Origin: a virus
Direction: 5' to 3' (one strand)
Virus record (IMG/VR): IMGVR_UViG_3300032291_001290
Location: 1 to 64,000 of that record
DNA length: 64,000 bases
The notes beneath the pieces were generated by a model that made no database searches, was not told where the DNA came from, and saw only the letters and a list, made by a program, of their open reading frames with translations. Both the position numbers and the translations under genes were made by a program. This document shows positions 46,699 to 56,553 of this stretch, piece after piece; position 1 is the first letter of the stretch, and every line of letters starts with the position of its first letter.

Positions 46699-47229
46699 AT
46701 GGCATCATACGTATATACAGGTAATGCAGTATCACAGCAATCAGCTAATATTGCTACAGACAAGATTAGAATATCAACTACTGGTGTAGCTATTCACGCT
46801 GTAACAGGTTATCCCAGAGTAGTTGGTACTGGAACAGCAACGGCGGCAACTAACAGTGCAACAGTCACTGGTGTAGGTACTGCATTTGACACTCAACTTG
46901 AAGTTGGCGGTTGGATAGGTAATACAACCGGAACAACTGTGGGAATTGTATCAAGTATTGCAAACGCTACTAGTTTAACGCTTACTGCTAATGCAGGTGT
47001 AGCATTATCAAATGTTGCATACACTTTCAATAATGCAGGTGTTCCTTATGCAATTGCTACGCAACAGTCAGCAATTTTTTCTGCTAATGATAGTTATAAT
47101 AGCGTTTATTGCGGTCAAGGAAATGTAGTAGCGTTTCTTACAACAGGTGCTGGTGCTGGTAGTGAATTTAGTATCACTGAACTTGGTATGCCGCATGCTA
47201 ACATGGAAAACGGATACCTAATAGGTTAA
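46699..47229 (+). CDS. virion structural protein (G/T/A-rich)
   Basis: AGGA SD; GTGT...VTGVGTAF pattern. Confidence 0.6.
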   Translation: MASYVYTGNAVSQQSANIATDKIRISTTGVAIHAVTGYPRVVGTGTATAATNSATVTGVGTAFDTQLEVGGWIGNTTGTTVGIVSSIANATSLTLTANAGVALSNVAYTFNNAGVPYAIATQQSAIFSANDSYNSVYCGQGNVVAFLTTGAGAGSEFSITELGMPHANMENGYLIG

Positions 47230-47259
47230 TTTTTACTCCTTAAGATAAATATATAATAC

Positions 47260-47314
47260 GCTTGCATTCGGCAAGTTTATGCAGTACCCACTGCGTAGCG
47301 GCTAGAACCCGCTA
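47260..47314 (+). ncRNA. structured 5' leader of three adjacent hairpins
   Basis: CTTGC/GCAAG, TATGCAGT/ACTGCGTA and TAGCGG/CCGCTA stems between late promoter 47244 and the SD. Confidence 0.5.
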
Positions 47315-47333
47315 ATTTTATAAGGAAAATCAA

Positions 47334-48608
47334 ATGGGACGTCCTCTAAAAATCGCAAAGGCTCAAGCAGTCTTACCAATTACTGATACAGCCGCAACAG
47401 GCAGTATCGTCACAATATCAGGTGGAAATTTAACTACTTCACCTACAGTTGGTATCGCTAAAGGTATGCCATTCGTAGTTGCTACTACAGTTGGTGGTTT
47501 AACTGCCGGTGTGACATACTATGTTAGTTCAATTTTATCAAACACAACGTTTGTTGCGGCAACTACTGATCCTAGTGTTCAACCACAAGTTTTAGCTACA
47601 TTAACTGACACAACAAGTGGGTCAGTATTAGCATCTTTTGCTGTTGTTGATGCATATTTCAACAATCCAAACGGTGGTGCTGGTTTCCCAGCAACAAACG
47701 CTAACACATATTCTGTAGTTGGTGGTAACATAGCTATCGTTGGTCCTCAAGTATTAGCACAAGTTGCTATTGGTATCAATGGTACAGGTACATTGTACAC
47801 ACCATTGACAGTTAATACTAGCAATGTGGTAGTGGGTGTAGGCACTGATCTTGCTAATTTAACTACGGGTGCGGCATTACAAATTGCCCAAGCTAACATC
47901 AACGGTAGTACCGATTTTGTTAATTTAGGTTTCGGAAGTGCTACAAAAGGTAACGTTACTGTAGTTGTTGCTAACACAACGGTATCAGGTAATGTTATCG
48001 GAACTTCAGGCAATGCTCAAACTCTTATTGTAGATATGCCAATCGCATTTGATGCAACATTTGGTGGTTTAACTTCAGGTACAACATACTTTGTTAAAAC
48101 TATTGCTAATGCTGCCGCTTTCACGGTATCAGCTTCACAAGGTGGCGAACCGGTAGCTCTTACAGCTAATGCATCTGTAACCGGTAATGCAATTATGAAT
48201 CGTGTTGTTTTAACTGCTAATGCTAACGTTGTTGCAAGTAATGCGGCATATGTATATGCAAACGATGAAGCTGGTTTTATTGTTCGTCAAAAAGGCAAAC
48301 AAAAATATCTAGTAACAGGTTCAGCAAGTGGTTTAACAGCACAGTGCTTTACAGCTAATCTTGCAAACACAGCATTGACTCCAAACACAATGCGTATTCT
48401 TGCTACATATGCTAACAGTGCTACTCAAACAGTGCAAAGTCTTTCTGATCACACTGGTGAGTTGTTTACTGCTACATCAGGTCCAATCGCAACGGGTAAC
48501 ATTGTATTCCAAAATGCTACTCCAGTATTTGCTACATTCAATACAGCAGAAGCGGCAAATACATACGGTGGTCAGCCTTATGAAATCGTACAAATTGCTA
48601 ACGCCTAA
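47334..48608 (+). CDS. virion structural protein
   Basis: Starts MGRPLK; IVRQKG..KYLV motif; GGLT.G.TY.V repeats. Confidence 0.65.
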   Translation: MGRPLKIAKAQAVLPITDTAATGSIVTISGGNLTTSPTVGIAKGMPFVVATTVGGLTAGVTYYVSSILSNTTFVAATTDPSVQPQVLATLTDTTSGSVLASFAVVDAYFNNPNGGAGFPATNANTYSVVGGNIAIVGPQVLAQVAIGINGTGTLYTPLTVNTSNVVVGVGTDLANLTTGAALQIAQANINGSTDFVNLGFGSATKGNVTVVVANTTVSGNVIGTSGNAQTLIVDMPIAFDATFGGLTSGTTYFVKTIANAAAFTVSASQGGEPVALTANASVTGNAIMNRVVLTANANVVASNAAYVYANDEAGFIVRQKGKQKYLVTGSASGLTAQCFTANLANTALTPNTMRILATYANSATQTVQSLSDHTGELFTATSGPIATGNIVFQNATPVFATFNTAEAANTYGGQPYEIVQIANA

Positions 48609-48610
48609 AC

Positions 48611-48916
48611 ATGTCAGTAACCAAACTTAAAATGCAAGCAGAAACTGAAATTGCAGTGCTTCAGATTCAAGTTAAAAACATCGAAGATAAAGTCGGTGAG
48701 ATTAAAGAGGACCTGAAGCAAATTCATGAATGTATGGACAGAAACGCAGAAGAAACAAGAGAATTTCTTAAAACGATGCGTTCTGAAGATAACCTTGCAC
48801 ATGAAAAACTTGCAAGTAAAATCTCGGCACTTGAGAAATGGCGATGGATGATGATGGGAGCAGGTATAGTTCTAGGATCACTAGGATTTGATATGATAGC
48901 TAAAATGCTAAAATAA
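48611..48916 (+). CDS. coiled-coil protein with C-terminal TM helix (holin/XhlA-like)
   Basis: LEKWRWMMMGAGIVLG. Confidence 0.5.
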   Translation: MSVTKLKMQAETEIAVLQIQVKNIEDKVGEIKEDLKQIHECMDRNAEETREFLKTMRSEDNLAHEKLASKISALEKWRWMMMGAGIVLGSLGFDMIAKMLK

Positions 48917-48942
48917 AAAAAGAGACTTAGGTCTCTTTTTTT
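48915..48942. terminator. bidirectional terminator between convergent genes
   Basis: AAAAAAAGAGAC-TTAG-GTCTCTTTTTTT. Confidence 0.85.
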
Positions 48943-49343
48943 GTTAGTGCGTTCAATTTTTCTTGTACAATGTCAAAGTTGAAAGTGCTGAATAATCCTG
49001 GATGTAATGGCTTGGGGTATTGTCCCTCACCTACCCAAGCATACCCGCAATGTTCTTCATTTAACTTTGGAATGAATTCATTCTCAACTTCACAGAAAAA
49101 TGTATGGTAAGTAAAAGTATTATTAATAAATTTTTGTATAGGTATTAATTTAGCATTTTTTGGAAAGAAACCGATTTCTTCTTCACATTCTCTAGCAATA
49201 CCTTCTAGTAATGTTTCATCCAATTCTATTTTTCCACCAGGAATTCCCCAGTTGCCTGGATTCTTGCTATCAGTTCTTAATAGATATAGAAAACGTTTTG
49301 TGTTATGGTTATAAAAGAAAACGCCAGCGGATTGATTCTTCAT
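48927..49343 (-). CDS. Nudix hydrolase
   Basis: PGGKIE.DET...IARECEEEIG Nudix box. Confidence 0.9.
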   Translation of the reverse strand: MKNQSAGVFFYNHNTKRFLYLLRTDSKNPGNWGIPGGKIELDETLLEGIARECEEEIGFFPKNAKLIPIQKFINNTFTYHTFFCEVENEFIPKLNEEHCGYAWVGEGQYPKPLHPGLFSTFNFDIVQEKLNALTKKET

Positions 49344-49361
49344 AATATGATTTATCACAAA

Positions 49362-50738
49362 TCATATCACAATAGAATAATCTCCCTCACCATACCAGCC
49401 TTCATACGACTTCATCCAAATTTTATCAACAAATCTATATTGAACACCTGTTGTTAAGTTGGTAACATATTCAAGCGTAGTACTAGTAGATGCATTAGCG
49501 TCAAATACCACGGACCATTCCATTGTAGTTGAGTCAAATTGAATAATATCATTAGCACGTGCAACCAAATTACCCCATGCCAAAGTAGGATCACCGGTAT
49601 GTCCTATATCTTCAACAATAAGATATCTACGACCATTAATAGGTCCAGGTAACCCTGCGTTTGGCCCAGTGACAAGAGGATTAATGACACCGTCGACAGG
49701 GTCCAATGTGTTTTGTGGCAGGGTATCTGGATCTATATTATAGATTAATAATCTATCATCAACTGGGTCAGGTACAATTGTACCAACAATATCGGTTGTC
49801 ATATAGGGATTTTGTAACCATATTTGACTTATACCGGGTTTAATGGTTCCGTATACGTTTAATACACTTGACCAATAAATGTCTGTGTTGGGTGGGGTTG
49901 GATCATCTAAACTTATATTATTAGGATCAAATGCTATAGCTTGTGGTAATATTTGCAATGAATTACCCAATAACAATATCTTGTATCCGTATGGAGTGAT
50001 CTTTTGTCTAGTACCCAACAACAAATCTTCATCTTGTATATCTGTTAAAGATTTTCCCATAAAAATACTTGAAATAATCTTTTCAATAACACCCATCTTT
50101 TTAAGTTTACTTGCTGTACTAATCCATATTGGCATATAGAATTTCCAAGTTAATACATCAATAGGATTACCTGTACCCTGAGGAATACTACGACTACTAA
50201 AAGTTAATCCGTCTTGATAAACTACACTAAGAGAAGTCCAATCAATAAAATTATCAGTACTTTGAATTTCTAGTGCTGGGTTAAACAATGTGCCAATTTG
50301 TTCAACTAGTTCAAGTTTTTGATTGTAATTAGTAGTCCAAAAATCTACAGTAATTCTTAATGTATATGGCACTGGCATTAATCGTTCAACTGTAAATGCT
50401 TGCCCTTGTGTTTGTTCATAAGTTTGTGTTTCACTATCATATGCACGTTGACGAACATTTACTATGTCAATAAATGTAGGGTCTTGAGTACGCCTTTGAT
50501 CGTATTCTAATCCACTAACATAATATGTAATTAGTGGTGCACTAGGAAGATTACTTGCACTATTGTTAGCAATAATAGTACTAGCTTGTCTACTGCTATC
50601 ACCATACATGACTGGTACACGCACAAGTATCTCATTGCCTGCAGGATCTTTACCTTTAGTAACTTGCCAGTTACTAAAAATCTTTGCAAATTGAATTAAA
50701 AATCTGCGTATCTGATTATCATAGAAAAATTGTGCCAT
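49362..50738 (-). CDS. tail sheath stabiliser/completion protein (T4 gp15-like) with C-terminal extension
   Basis: FFY..QIRR....F...F, VPV.YG, PVPY.L, EQI..LFNP motifs. Confidence 0.8.
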   Translation of the reverse strand: MAQFFYDNQIRRFLIQFAKIFSNWQVTKGKDPAGNEILVRVPVMYGDSSRQASTIIANNSASNLPSAPLITYYVSGLEYDQRRTQDPTFIDIVNVRQRAYDSETQTYEQTQGQAFTVERLMPVPYTLRITVDFWTTNYNQKLELVEQIGTLFNPALEIQSTDNFIDWTSLSVVYQDGLTFSSRSIPQGTGNPIDVLTWKFYMPIWISTASKLKKMGVIEKIISSIFMGKSLTDIQDEDLLLGTRQKITPYGYKILLLGNSLQILPQAIAFDPNNISLDDPTPPNTDIYWSSVLNVYGTIKPGISQIWLQNPYMTTDIVGTIVPDPVDDRLLIYNIDPDTLPQNTLDPVDGVINPLVTGPNAGLPGPINGRRYLIVEDIGHTGDPTLAWGNLVARANDIIQFDSTTMEWSVVFDANASTSTTLEYVTNLTTGVQYRFVDKIWMKSYEGWYGEGDYSIVI

Positions 50739-50747
50739 TTATATTCT

Positions 50748-52463
50748 TTATGTTTGCGGTGGTAATGGATCCGGGGATAACGTCAATATTGTAGACAATC
50801 CTTGACGTTGTGGAACAAATGTTCCGTCAGTTAACTTAGTTTCATTTGTATTATTAATAAATCCTGACAACTGTGATTTATCAAGTTGAGTAAATCCAGT
50901 CTCAGTACGTACATTTGTGGAAATTCTAACCCACAATCTTCCGTTCCAACGATATAGTATCTGTGGAAAATAATCAATTCGTAAGAAATAATCACCTACT
51001 TGTGGATTTTGTGGGAAACTAATACCTGCACCTGTAGGGAATCCATTTGGTGCCTCAGCAGTTCCGTCTAAGTATCCAGTAGAATAACCGAAACTTCTTG
51101 GACTACTACGAGCAATATATTGAAATGCTGGGTCACAGTCTGCTCTAAAATCCATCTCAGTACTAATAGTTCCGGTAAATCCAGGTAACTCAGGATTTTG
51201 ATCAGCAGTAGCATATGTATTATCAGCAGTACCATATGGACCTGTTATTTGGCCCATTGAATACACGGACAATATATTATCTCCGCTTACTGGGCCTGAA
51301 TTGCTATCTGTTCTTTGTGGTGCTACTTTAATTTTTTCTAAATTAACTGTATTGAATACGTCTAGTTTTTCATATCCCATATCAGCAGTCATATCCCAAA
51401 TACTGTTAATTGCAGCTTTTGAAATTTTAATTACTGGACTAGCATTTTTATAGTTTGAATTACTAACGTATGCAACAGTACCGGTAGTAGATACAGTTCC
51501 AGGTGCACCCGCGCTATCCACTACTACACTAATAGGTGGTGCGGGTTGATTATTCTTTTGACTAAGTTGACTATTACTTTCAAATTCACCGTATGTAGGC
51601 ACAACGTATAAATTACTTCTATCGTAACCTGCTTTAGGTACTAAACGAGCAGCCTCTTCAAGTACAGCATTATTAATATCAATATTTTTATTGTATGTAG
51701 CAAGTATATCTTTTAAATTGCTTGCAGTATCAAGTTCCCAATATGTGTCGTTAGGTGGCATTGTACCAGCAGGAACTTCAATTTTAGAAATATAGTTTTT
51801 ATCACCAAACGTGATGACGTACCCAGAAGGATATACTTTGTCCTTATCCCACACACCTAAATAATTGTCTTGGTTAATTGGCTCAGACAATATCTGACTG
51901 AATTCTTCACTGTCAACTAATGGCTCACATTTAATACGCCATAGATGAGGAAACCATGTTGGACTAAAACCTTCCGATGCATAATTTGCATCAGTGATTT
52001 GCATAAAACGTTTTAATGCTACGGGGATAGTTTCTTTGAGTGGATTGTAATCTAATAAGTGCGGAAGTTCAATTACATCCCCAACCATTAATTTTCTACC
52101 AACTAAGTCTATCATGTCATTGTAATGAACAGTGATAAAAATAATATCATTATTTAAGAACAATCCAAACTGTGACAAGTCAAAGTCTAAATTCTGCACG
52201 TTATAGTGACCGCGCAGTCTATAAACATTGGGATCATAACTTCTATCTCTGTTTTCTAAAAATAGTAAATCCTGTATATTTGTAGGATTTAGTACATCGT
52301 ATTGCGGTTGTGTGTAATCAATGGAAGCACCCTGATCAGTTGGTCCTAAATATTTATGTACATATAAATCGGTCGACCCAGCGGTAAACATCTCTGATAT
52401 GGTTCTATCAAAGAAATTATAATCATTTGTTTTATTAGGACGCCAAAGCGATAGTCTAGGCAT
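50748..52463 (-). CDS. neck protein (T4 gp14-like) with long C-terminal extension
   Basis: LSQFGLFL.ND, GDVIELP, W...CE motifs; adjacent to gp15. Confidence 0.7.
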   Translation of the reverse strand: MPRLSLWRPNKTNDYNFFDRTISEMFTAGSTDLYVHKYLGPTDQGASIDYTQPQYDVLNPTNIQDLLFLENRDRSYDPNVYRLRGHYNVQNLDFDLSQFGLFLNNDIIFITVHYNDMIDLVGRKLMVGDVIELPHLLDYNPLKETIPVALKRFMQITDANYASEGFSPTWFPHLWRIKCEPLVDSEEFSQILSEPINQDNYLGVWDKDKVYPSGYVITFGDKNYISKIEVPAGTMPPNDTYWELDTASNLKDILATYNKNIDINNAVLEEAARLVPKAGYDRSNLYVVPTYGEFESNSQLSQKNNQPAPPISVVVDSAGAPGTVSTTGTVAYVSNSNYKNASPVIKISKAAINSIWDMTADMGYEKLDVFNTVNLEKIKVAPQRTDSNSGPVSGDNILSVYSMGQITGPYGTADNTYATADQNPELPGFTGTISTEMDFRADCDPAFQYIARSSPRSFGYSTGYLDGTAEAPNGFPTGAGISFPQNPQVGDYFLRIDYFPQILYRWNGRLWVRISTNVRTETGFTQLDKSQLSGFINNTNETKLTDGTFVPQRQGLSTILTLSPDPLPPQT

Positions 52464-52481
52464 AGTATTTTACTTTAACAC

Positions 52482-52498
52482 TTATTTATCAATAAATA
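52482..52498. promoter_or_regulatory. back-to-back divergent late promoters
   Basis: TTATTTATC-AATAAATA. Confidence 0.7.
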
Positions 52499-52503
52499 TA
52501 TCC

Positions 52504-53202
52504 ATGACACCTGATATCTTTAGACAGTCAAAAAACTTGTTTTTAATCTTCCCGCCCGGTACAGGTGGAAATCACTTTGCTAACTTACTTAGTATGCACC
52601 CTGTTTTTGCTCCTAGATATACGCATCTAGATTATTATGAGAATATGGCACATAAATACCAATATTTTTTTGTTGACAAAATAGAAAAAGACCTTTATGG
52701 ATGTACTGCACATTTTAGTGATTTAGATAATCTGCAAATAAATCATTTGAAAGAGTTTGAATCAAAAATTATTAATCATAAAGAGCCTTATATATTTTGT
52801 TCACATGTAACGGAATATTTGATTAACAATAATGAAGGGTATCTCAATCCATATGAAAAAAAAATCTTCTGCCTTTTTAGCAAACCCACAGGGTCAAACG
52901 AGTTAGTAAATGATAGGATGAATAATGGTCCGTGGAATAGCGGGGAATCAGGCGATATGCCCTATCAAGATACCACTGTCCAATTCTTGTACGAAAAAGA
53001 AATATTTATAAGGAACACCAAGATTGACTCGGATAAAATTTTCACAATAGATACTGATATATTTTATAATGTGGATGGGTATGACTATATCTATGACACG
53101 ATTAGTATAAATTTAGGTATTGAACTTCCCGAAATTTGTCGTAAAATGCATACTCAATATATTGAATACTCAAGTATTATTTTTGACAAGGTTGACAAAT
53201 AA
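52504..53202 (+). CDS. hypothetical protein, paralog of 9950..10660
   Basis: FPPGTGGNHFANLLS ... ELP...MH. Confidence 0.6.
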   Translation: MTPDIFRQSKNLFLIFPPGTGGNHFANLLSMHPVFAPRYTHLDYYENMAHKYQYFFVDKIEKDLYGCTAHFSDLDNLQINHLKEFESKIINHKEPYIFCSHVTEYLINNNEGYLNPYEKKIFCLFSKPTGSNELVNDRMNNGPWNSGESGDMPYQDTTVQFLYEKEIFIRNTKIDSDKIFTIDTDIFYNVDGYDYIYDTISINLGIELPEICRKMHTQYIEYSSIIFDKVDK

Positions 53203-53220
53203 TAGAAATTGATATATAAT
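53192..53220 (+). promoter_or_regulatory. sigma70-type early promoter
   Basis: TTGACA-17-TATAAT. Confidence 0.85.
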
Positions 53221-53245
53221 TAATCTATTGTTAACAGGAGCAACT

Positions 53246-54397
53246 ATGGCAACACGTAAATCCAAGCAAACAAGTGATCATTTTGTCAAAGCATTAAGTC
53301 CTCGGGACGCTGATACAAAATATATGGGTGATGAACCCTTCTTCCCACTTCAACCAGATGAGAATGGTAGAACTTTAGCATTAACTCATGGTTTTACATG
53401 GTACAATCGTTTCTATGGTAAAAAAGATGCGAAAGAATTATTGTGTTTGTATTTGGAATATAACGACCGCACTATAGAAGCCAAACACTTACGTAAGGTA
53501 CATGAAAGCGAATTTTTAATGACCTTGTGTTGGCTTGCACGTATGACAATGCGTGGACTAGAACTCAATGAACATGAATCACTTACACTTGAAAATGAAA
53601 TCAGTCGTTTGTACAAACTTGTACATAAACCTGAAGTGGTAGAAAAAGAACCGAGCAATCGTCCTAATGTTCAGGAAATTATGCGTGAAAAGACATTTGA
53701 TGCTGCCGGTGAACTTGAAAGTATTTTTGATGATTGGATCACTGAAGGTAAAGTCACACAAAAAACAGTTGATGTTGTTGCTAAATTTAGCATTTTACCC
53801 CAACACATTCCATTGATTGTTGACATTTGGAAACGCAAGTTTGATGAATTTAACGAAGTCTCTGAAGGTAATGATGAACAATTGAACGAAGCCTATAGTT
53901 ATTTAGGCAAAGTTAAATTGCGTAATACAATTAAATTTATTGAACAAGTATTGAGTGACCTGAACAGTTATATCTCAATTAAGAAGGCAAGCAAAGCGCC
54001 TCGCAAACGTAAAGCAGTTCCTGTTGAGAAGATTGTTAGTAAACTTAAGTACTTGAAGGTATTCAAGGACCCGGTTAATAAACTTGATTTGATTAGTGTA
54101 CATCCAACTAAGTTGCATGGTGCAAGTGAGGCATGGGTGTATGATACTGCAAAACGCAAAATGCATCACTATATTGCCGATGAATATAGCAAGGTATTTA
54201 CTGTAAAGGGTAATACAGTATTGGGTTTTGACAACAATGCAAGTGAAATGAAAACTTTGCGTAAGCCCGGTGAACAGATTAAAGAAATTATGGGTAGCAA
54301 GCCTGCGGCACGTAAGTACTTTAAAGATATTAAAGCAGTTGGTGCAGTGCCCAATGGTCGCTTTAATGAGAACATGATTATTTTGAAAGCATTTTAA
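53246..54397 (+). CDS. conserved-type hypothetical protein
   Basis: AGGAG SD; KTLRKP and PNGRFNE motifs at the C-terminus. Confidence 0.75.
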   Translation: MATRKSKQTSDHFVKALSPRDADTKYMGDEPFFPLQPDENGRTLALTHGFTWYNRFYGKKDAKELLCLYLEYNDRTIEAKHLRKVHESEFLMTLCWLARMTMRGLELNEHESLTLENEISRLYKLVHKPEVVEKEPSNRPNVQEIMREKTFDAAGELESIFDDWITEGKVTQKTVDVVAKFSILPQHIPLIVDIWKRKFDEFNEVSEGNDEQLNEAYSYLGKVKLRNTIKFIEQVLSDLNSYISIKKASKAPRKRKAVPVEKIVSKLKYLKVFKDPVNKLDLISVHPTKLHGASEAWVYDTAKRKMHHYIADEYSKVFTVKGNTVLGFDNNASEMKTLRKPGEQIKEIMGSKPAARKYFKDIKAVGAVPNGRFNENMIILKAF

Positions 54398-54398
54398 T

Positions 54399-54575
54399 AT
54401 GATAAGCAAACTTATATTTTGGTTAGGTGAGAATCGTAAAAAAGTAGGGTACTCTCTAGGTGGTATTAACATACTATGCGGATTAAATTCACTTGCATTT
54501 GGACAAACAAGCAACGGCTTTATACTACTTTTTGTAGGGTTTGTTCTTGTGTTTGATGCTTGGGGTACGCCATGA
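54399..54575 (+). CDS. 58-aa putative membrane protein (absent from the ORF track)
   Basis: MISKLIFWLG...FFVGFVLVFDAWGTP; ATGA-coupled to mazG. Confidence 0.55.
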   Translation: MISKLIFWLGENRKKVGYSLGGINILCGLNSLAFGQTSNGFILLFVGFVLVFDAWGTP

Positions 54576-54988
54576 ATATTGATTTGAACAAATACAAAGG
54601 TTTTGTAGAGGCTGTAACTAGTAAACCTAGTAATGATTTAACAACCTTTATGGATCGATGTGATGAACTTGATGGCAATGACGGTGGTCCAGATATCAAT
54701 GTGTCGTTGCTTTTAACAGCATGTTTAGGATTAGCGGCCGAAAGTGGCGAGTTCATCGAAGTGCCCAAAAAAATTATTTTTCAGGGGAAACCACTAACTG
54801 ACGAAAATGTCTTTCACATGAAACGTGAATTGGGTGATATCATGTGGTATTGGATTAATGCATGTCGTGCATTGAATATTGACCCTAACGAGGTTATTGA
54901 CGAGAATGTGCGTAAGTTAGAATCACGTTATCCCGGTGGTTCGTTTGATGCCCACTACTCAGAAAATCGCAAAGAGGGTGATTTGTAA
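54572..54988 (+). CDS. mazG: MazG-like NTP pyrophosphohydrolase
   Basis: GLAAESGEF.E..KK, ELGDIMWY, N..KL..RYP motifs. Confidence 0.88.
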   Translation: MNIDLNKYKGFVEAVTSKPSNDLTTFMDRCDELDGNDGGPDINVSLLLTACLGLAAESGEFIEVPKKIIFQGKPLTDENVFHMKRELGDIMWYWINACRALNIDPNEVIDENVRKLESRYPGGSFDAHYSENRKEGDL

Positions 54989-55029
54989 TACATAGCGTTA
55001 CCTGATAAATACAATTATTAGGTAACAAC

Positions 55030-55827
55030 ATGTCAACATCTCCAACAGCAAGTCCACTTTCTACCCCTGCCGGTTTAACACTAGATGAATTAAAAGAGGC
55101 ACTTTTTAGTAATCTGGGTTATCGTTTAGGTAATGGTATTATTGATATTGAGTTAGACCCTCAACATTATGAGGCTGCATACAACTATGCTATAAAAGTC
55201 TATCGTCAACGAGCGCAAAATGCCACAGCCGAATCATACACCTTGATGACAATAGTAAAAAATGTAGATACATATACATTACCACAAGAGTTTATTAATG
55301 TAAGATGTTTGTATCGTAGAACTGTTGGACTTGAAACTGGACCCGGTTCAAGTAGTTTTGATCCGTTTTCAAGTGCTATTTTGAACACTTACTTGCTAAA
55401 TTATAATTACGCAGGTGGAATGGCAACATATGATTTCTATGCAGGTTATGTTGAATTGGCTGCACGTATGTTCGGCGGATATGTAACTTATACATTTGAT
55501 CCAGTTACTAAAGTATTGAGAATTGTACGTGATCCAAAAGGGTCCGGTGAGCGTATTCTTATTTGGGCTGATGTTCAACGTCCAGAAGAAGTACTGTTAC
55601 AAGATCCTGGTGCTGGGGTTTGGATTGGTGATTTTATTTTAGCTAATCTTAAAATAATTATAGGTGAAGCACGTGAAAAATTCGGCACCATTGCAGGTCC
55701 AGGTGGCGGGTCAACACTAAACGGAACTGCTATGAAGGCAGAAGGCAAAGCCGCAGTGGAGCAACTGATTGACGAATTGAAACGATATGTAGATTATAGT
55801 CAACCGTTGACTTGGGTACAAGGTTAA
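55030..55827 (+). CDS. neck protein (T4 gp13-like)
   Basis: LG..IIDIELD..H, G..R.KF...GPGG..TLNG motifs. Confidence 0.82.
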   Translation: MSTSPTASPLSTPAGLTLDELKEALFSNLGYRLGNGIIDIELDPQHYEAAYNYAIKVYRQRAQNATAESYTLMTIVKNVDTYTLPQEFINVRCLYRRTVGLETGPGSSSFDPFSSAILNTYLLNYNYAGGMATYDFYAGYVELAARMFGGYVTYTFDPVTKVLRIVRDPKGSGERILIWADVQRPEEVLLQDPGAGVWIGDFILANLKIIIGEAREKFGTIAGPGGGSTLNGTAMKAEGKAAVEQLIDELKRYVDYSQPLTWVQG

Positions 55828-55890
55828 CCTAAACTACTTTCTTTATTCACACTCCTGTAATATAATAAGTACTACAGGAGTTTTTCTTTT

Positions 55891-56553
55891 ATGATTATAG
55901 GTGTAACAGGTTTAATAGGTAGTGGCAAAGACACGATAGCTGATTATCTTTGCACACATAAAGGTTTCAAACGAGTTAGTTTTGCGGCAAGTTTGAAAGA
56001 TGCAGTTTCAGCAGTATTTGGTTGGGACAGAGAAATGTTAGAGGGTACAACTAAAGCCAGTAGAATATGGCGTGAACAAGTAGATCCCTGGTGGGCAGAA
56101 CGATTAAAAATGCCACACTTAACTCCACGTTGGGTATTACAATATTGGGGAACGGATGTATGCCGCAACAACTTCCATAATGATATTTGGGTAGCCTCAG
56201 TTGAATACAAGATATTAAAATCAGTTGAGGATATCGTAATCACTGATTGCAGGTTTACAAATGAGGTATCAGCAATAAAAAATGCCGGGGGCATTACTAT
56301 GCGAGTAGTCAGGGGAAAGCAACCTGATTGGTACGACTCAGCAGTTGCATATAACTTAGGCCCTGACAGGAATAGTCAGTGGGCAGTAAGTAAAAGAAGA
56401 TTAGATAAATTAAAAATTCATGCAAGTGAATACAGTAGTGTTGGTCTAACGTATGACTTCCATATAGACAATAACGGAACCATTGATGATTTGCATAAAG
56501 CAATATGCAAGATAGTTAGTAATCAATCTCAAGATCACCACGTTTCCATGTAA
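55891..56553 (+). CDS. deoxynucleoside monophosphate kinase (T4 gp1-like)
   Basis: GLIGSGKDT, FA..LKD, PR.VLQ..GT, TDCRF.NE, HASE motifs. Confidence 0.9.
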   Translation: MIIGVTGLIGSGKDTIADYLCTHKGFKRVSFAASLKDAVSAVFGWDREMLEGTTKASRIWREQVDPWWAERLKMPHLTPRWVLQYWGTDVCRNNFHNDIWVASVEYKILKSVEDIVITDCRFTNEVSAIKNAGGITMRVVRGKQPDWYDSAVAYNLGPDRNSQWAVSKRRLDKLKIHASEYSSVGLTYDFHIDNNGTIDDLHKAICKIVSNQSQDHHVSM

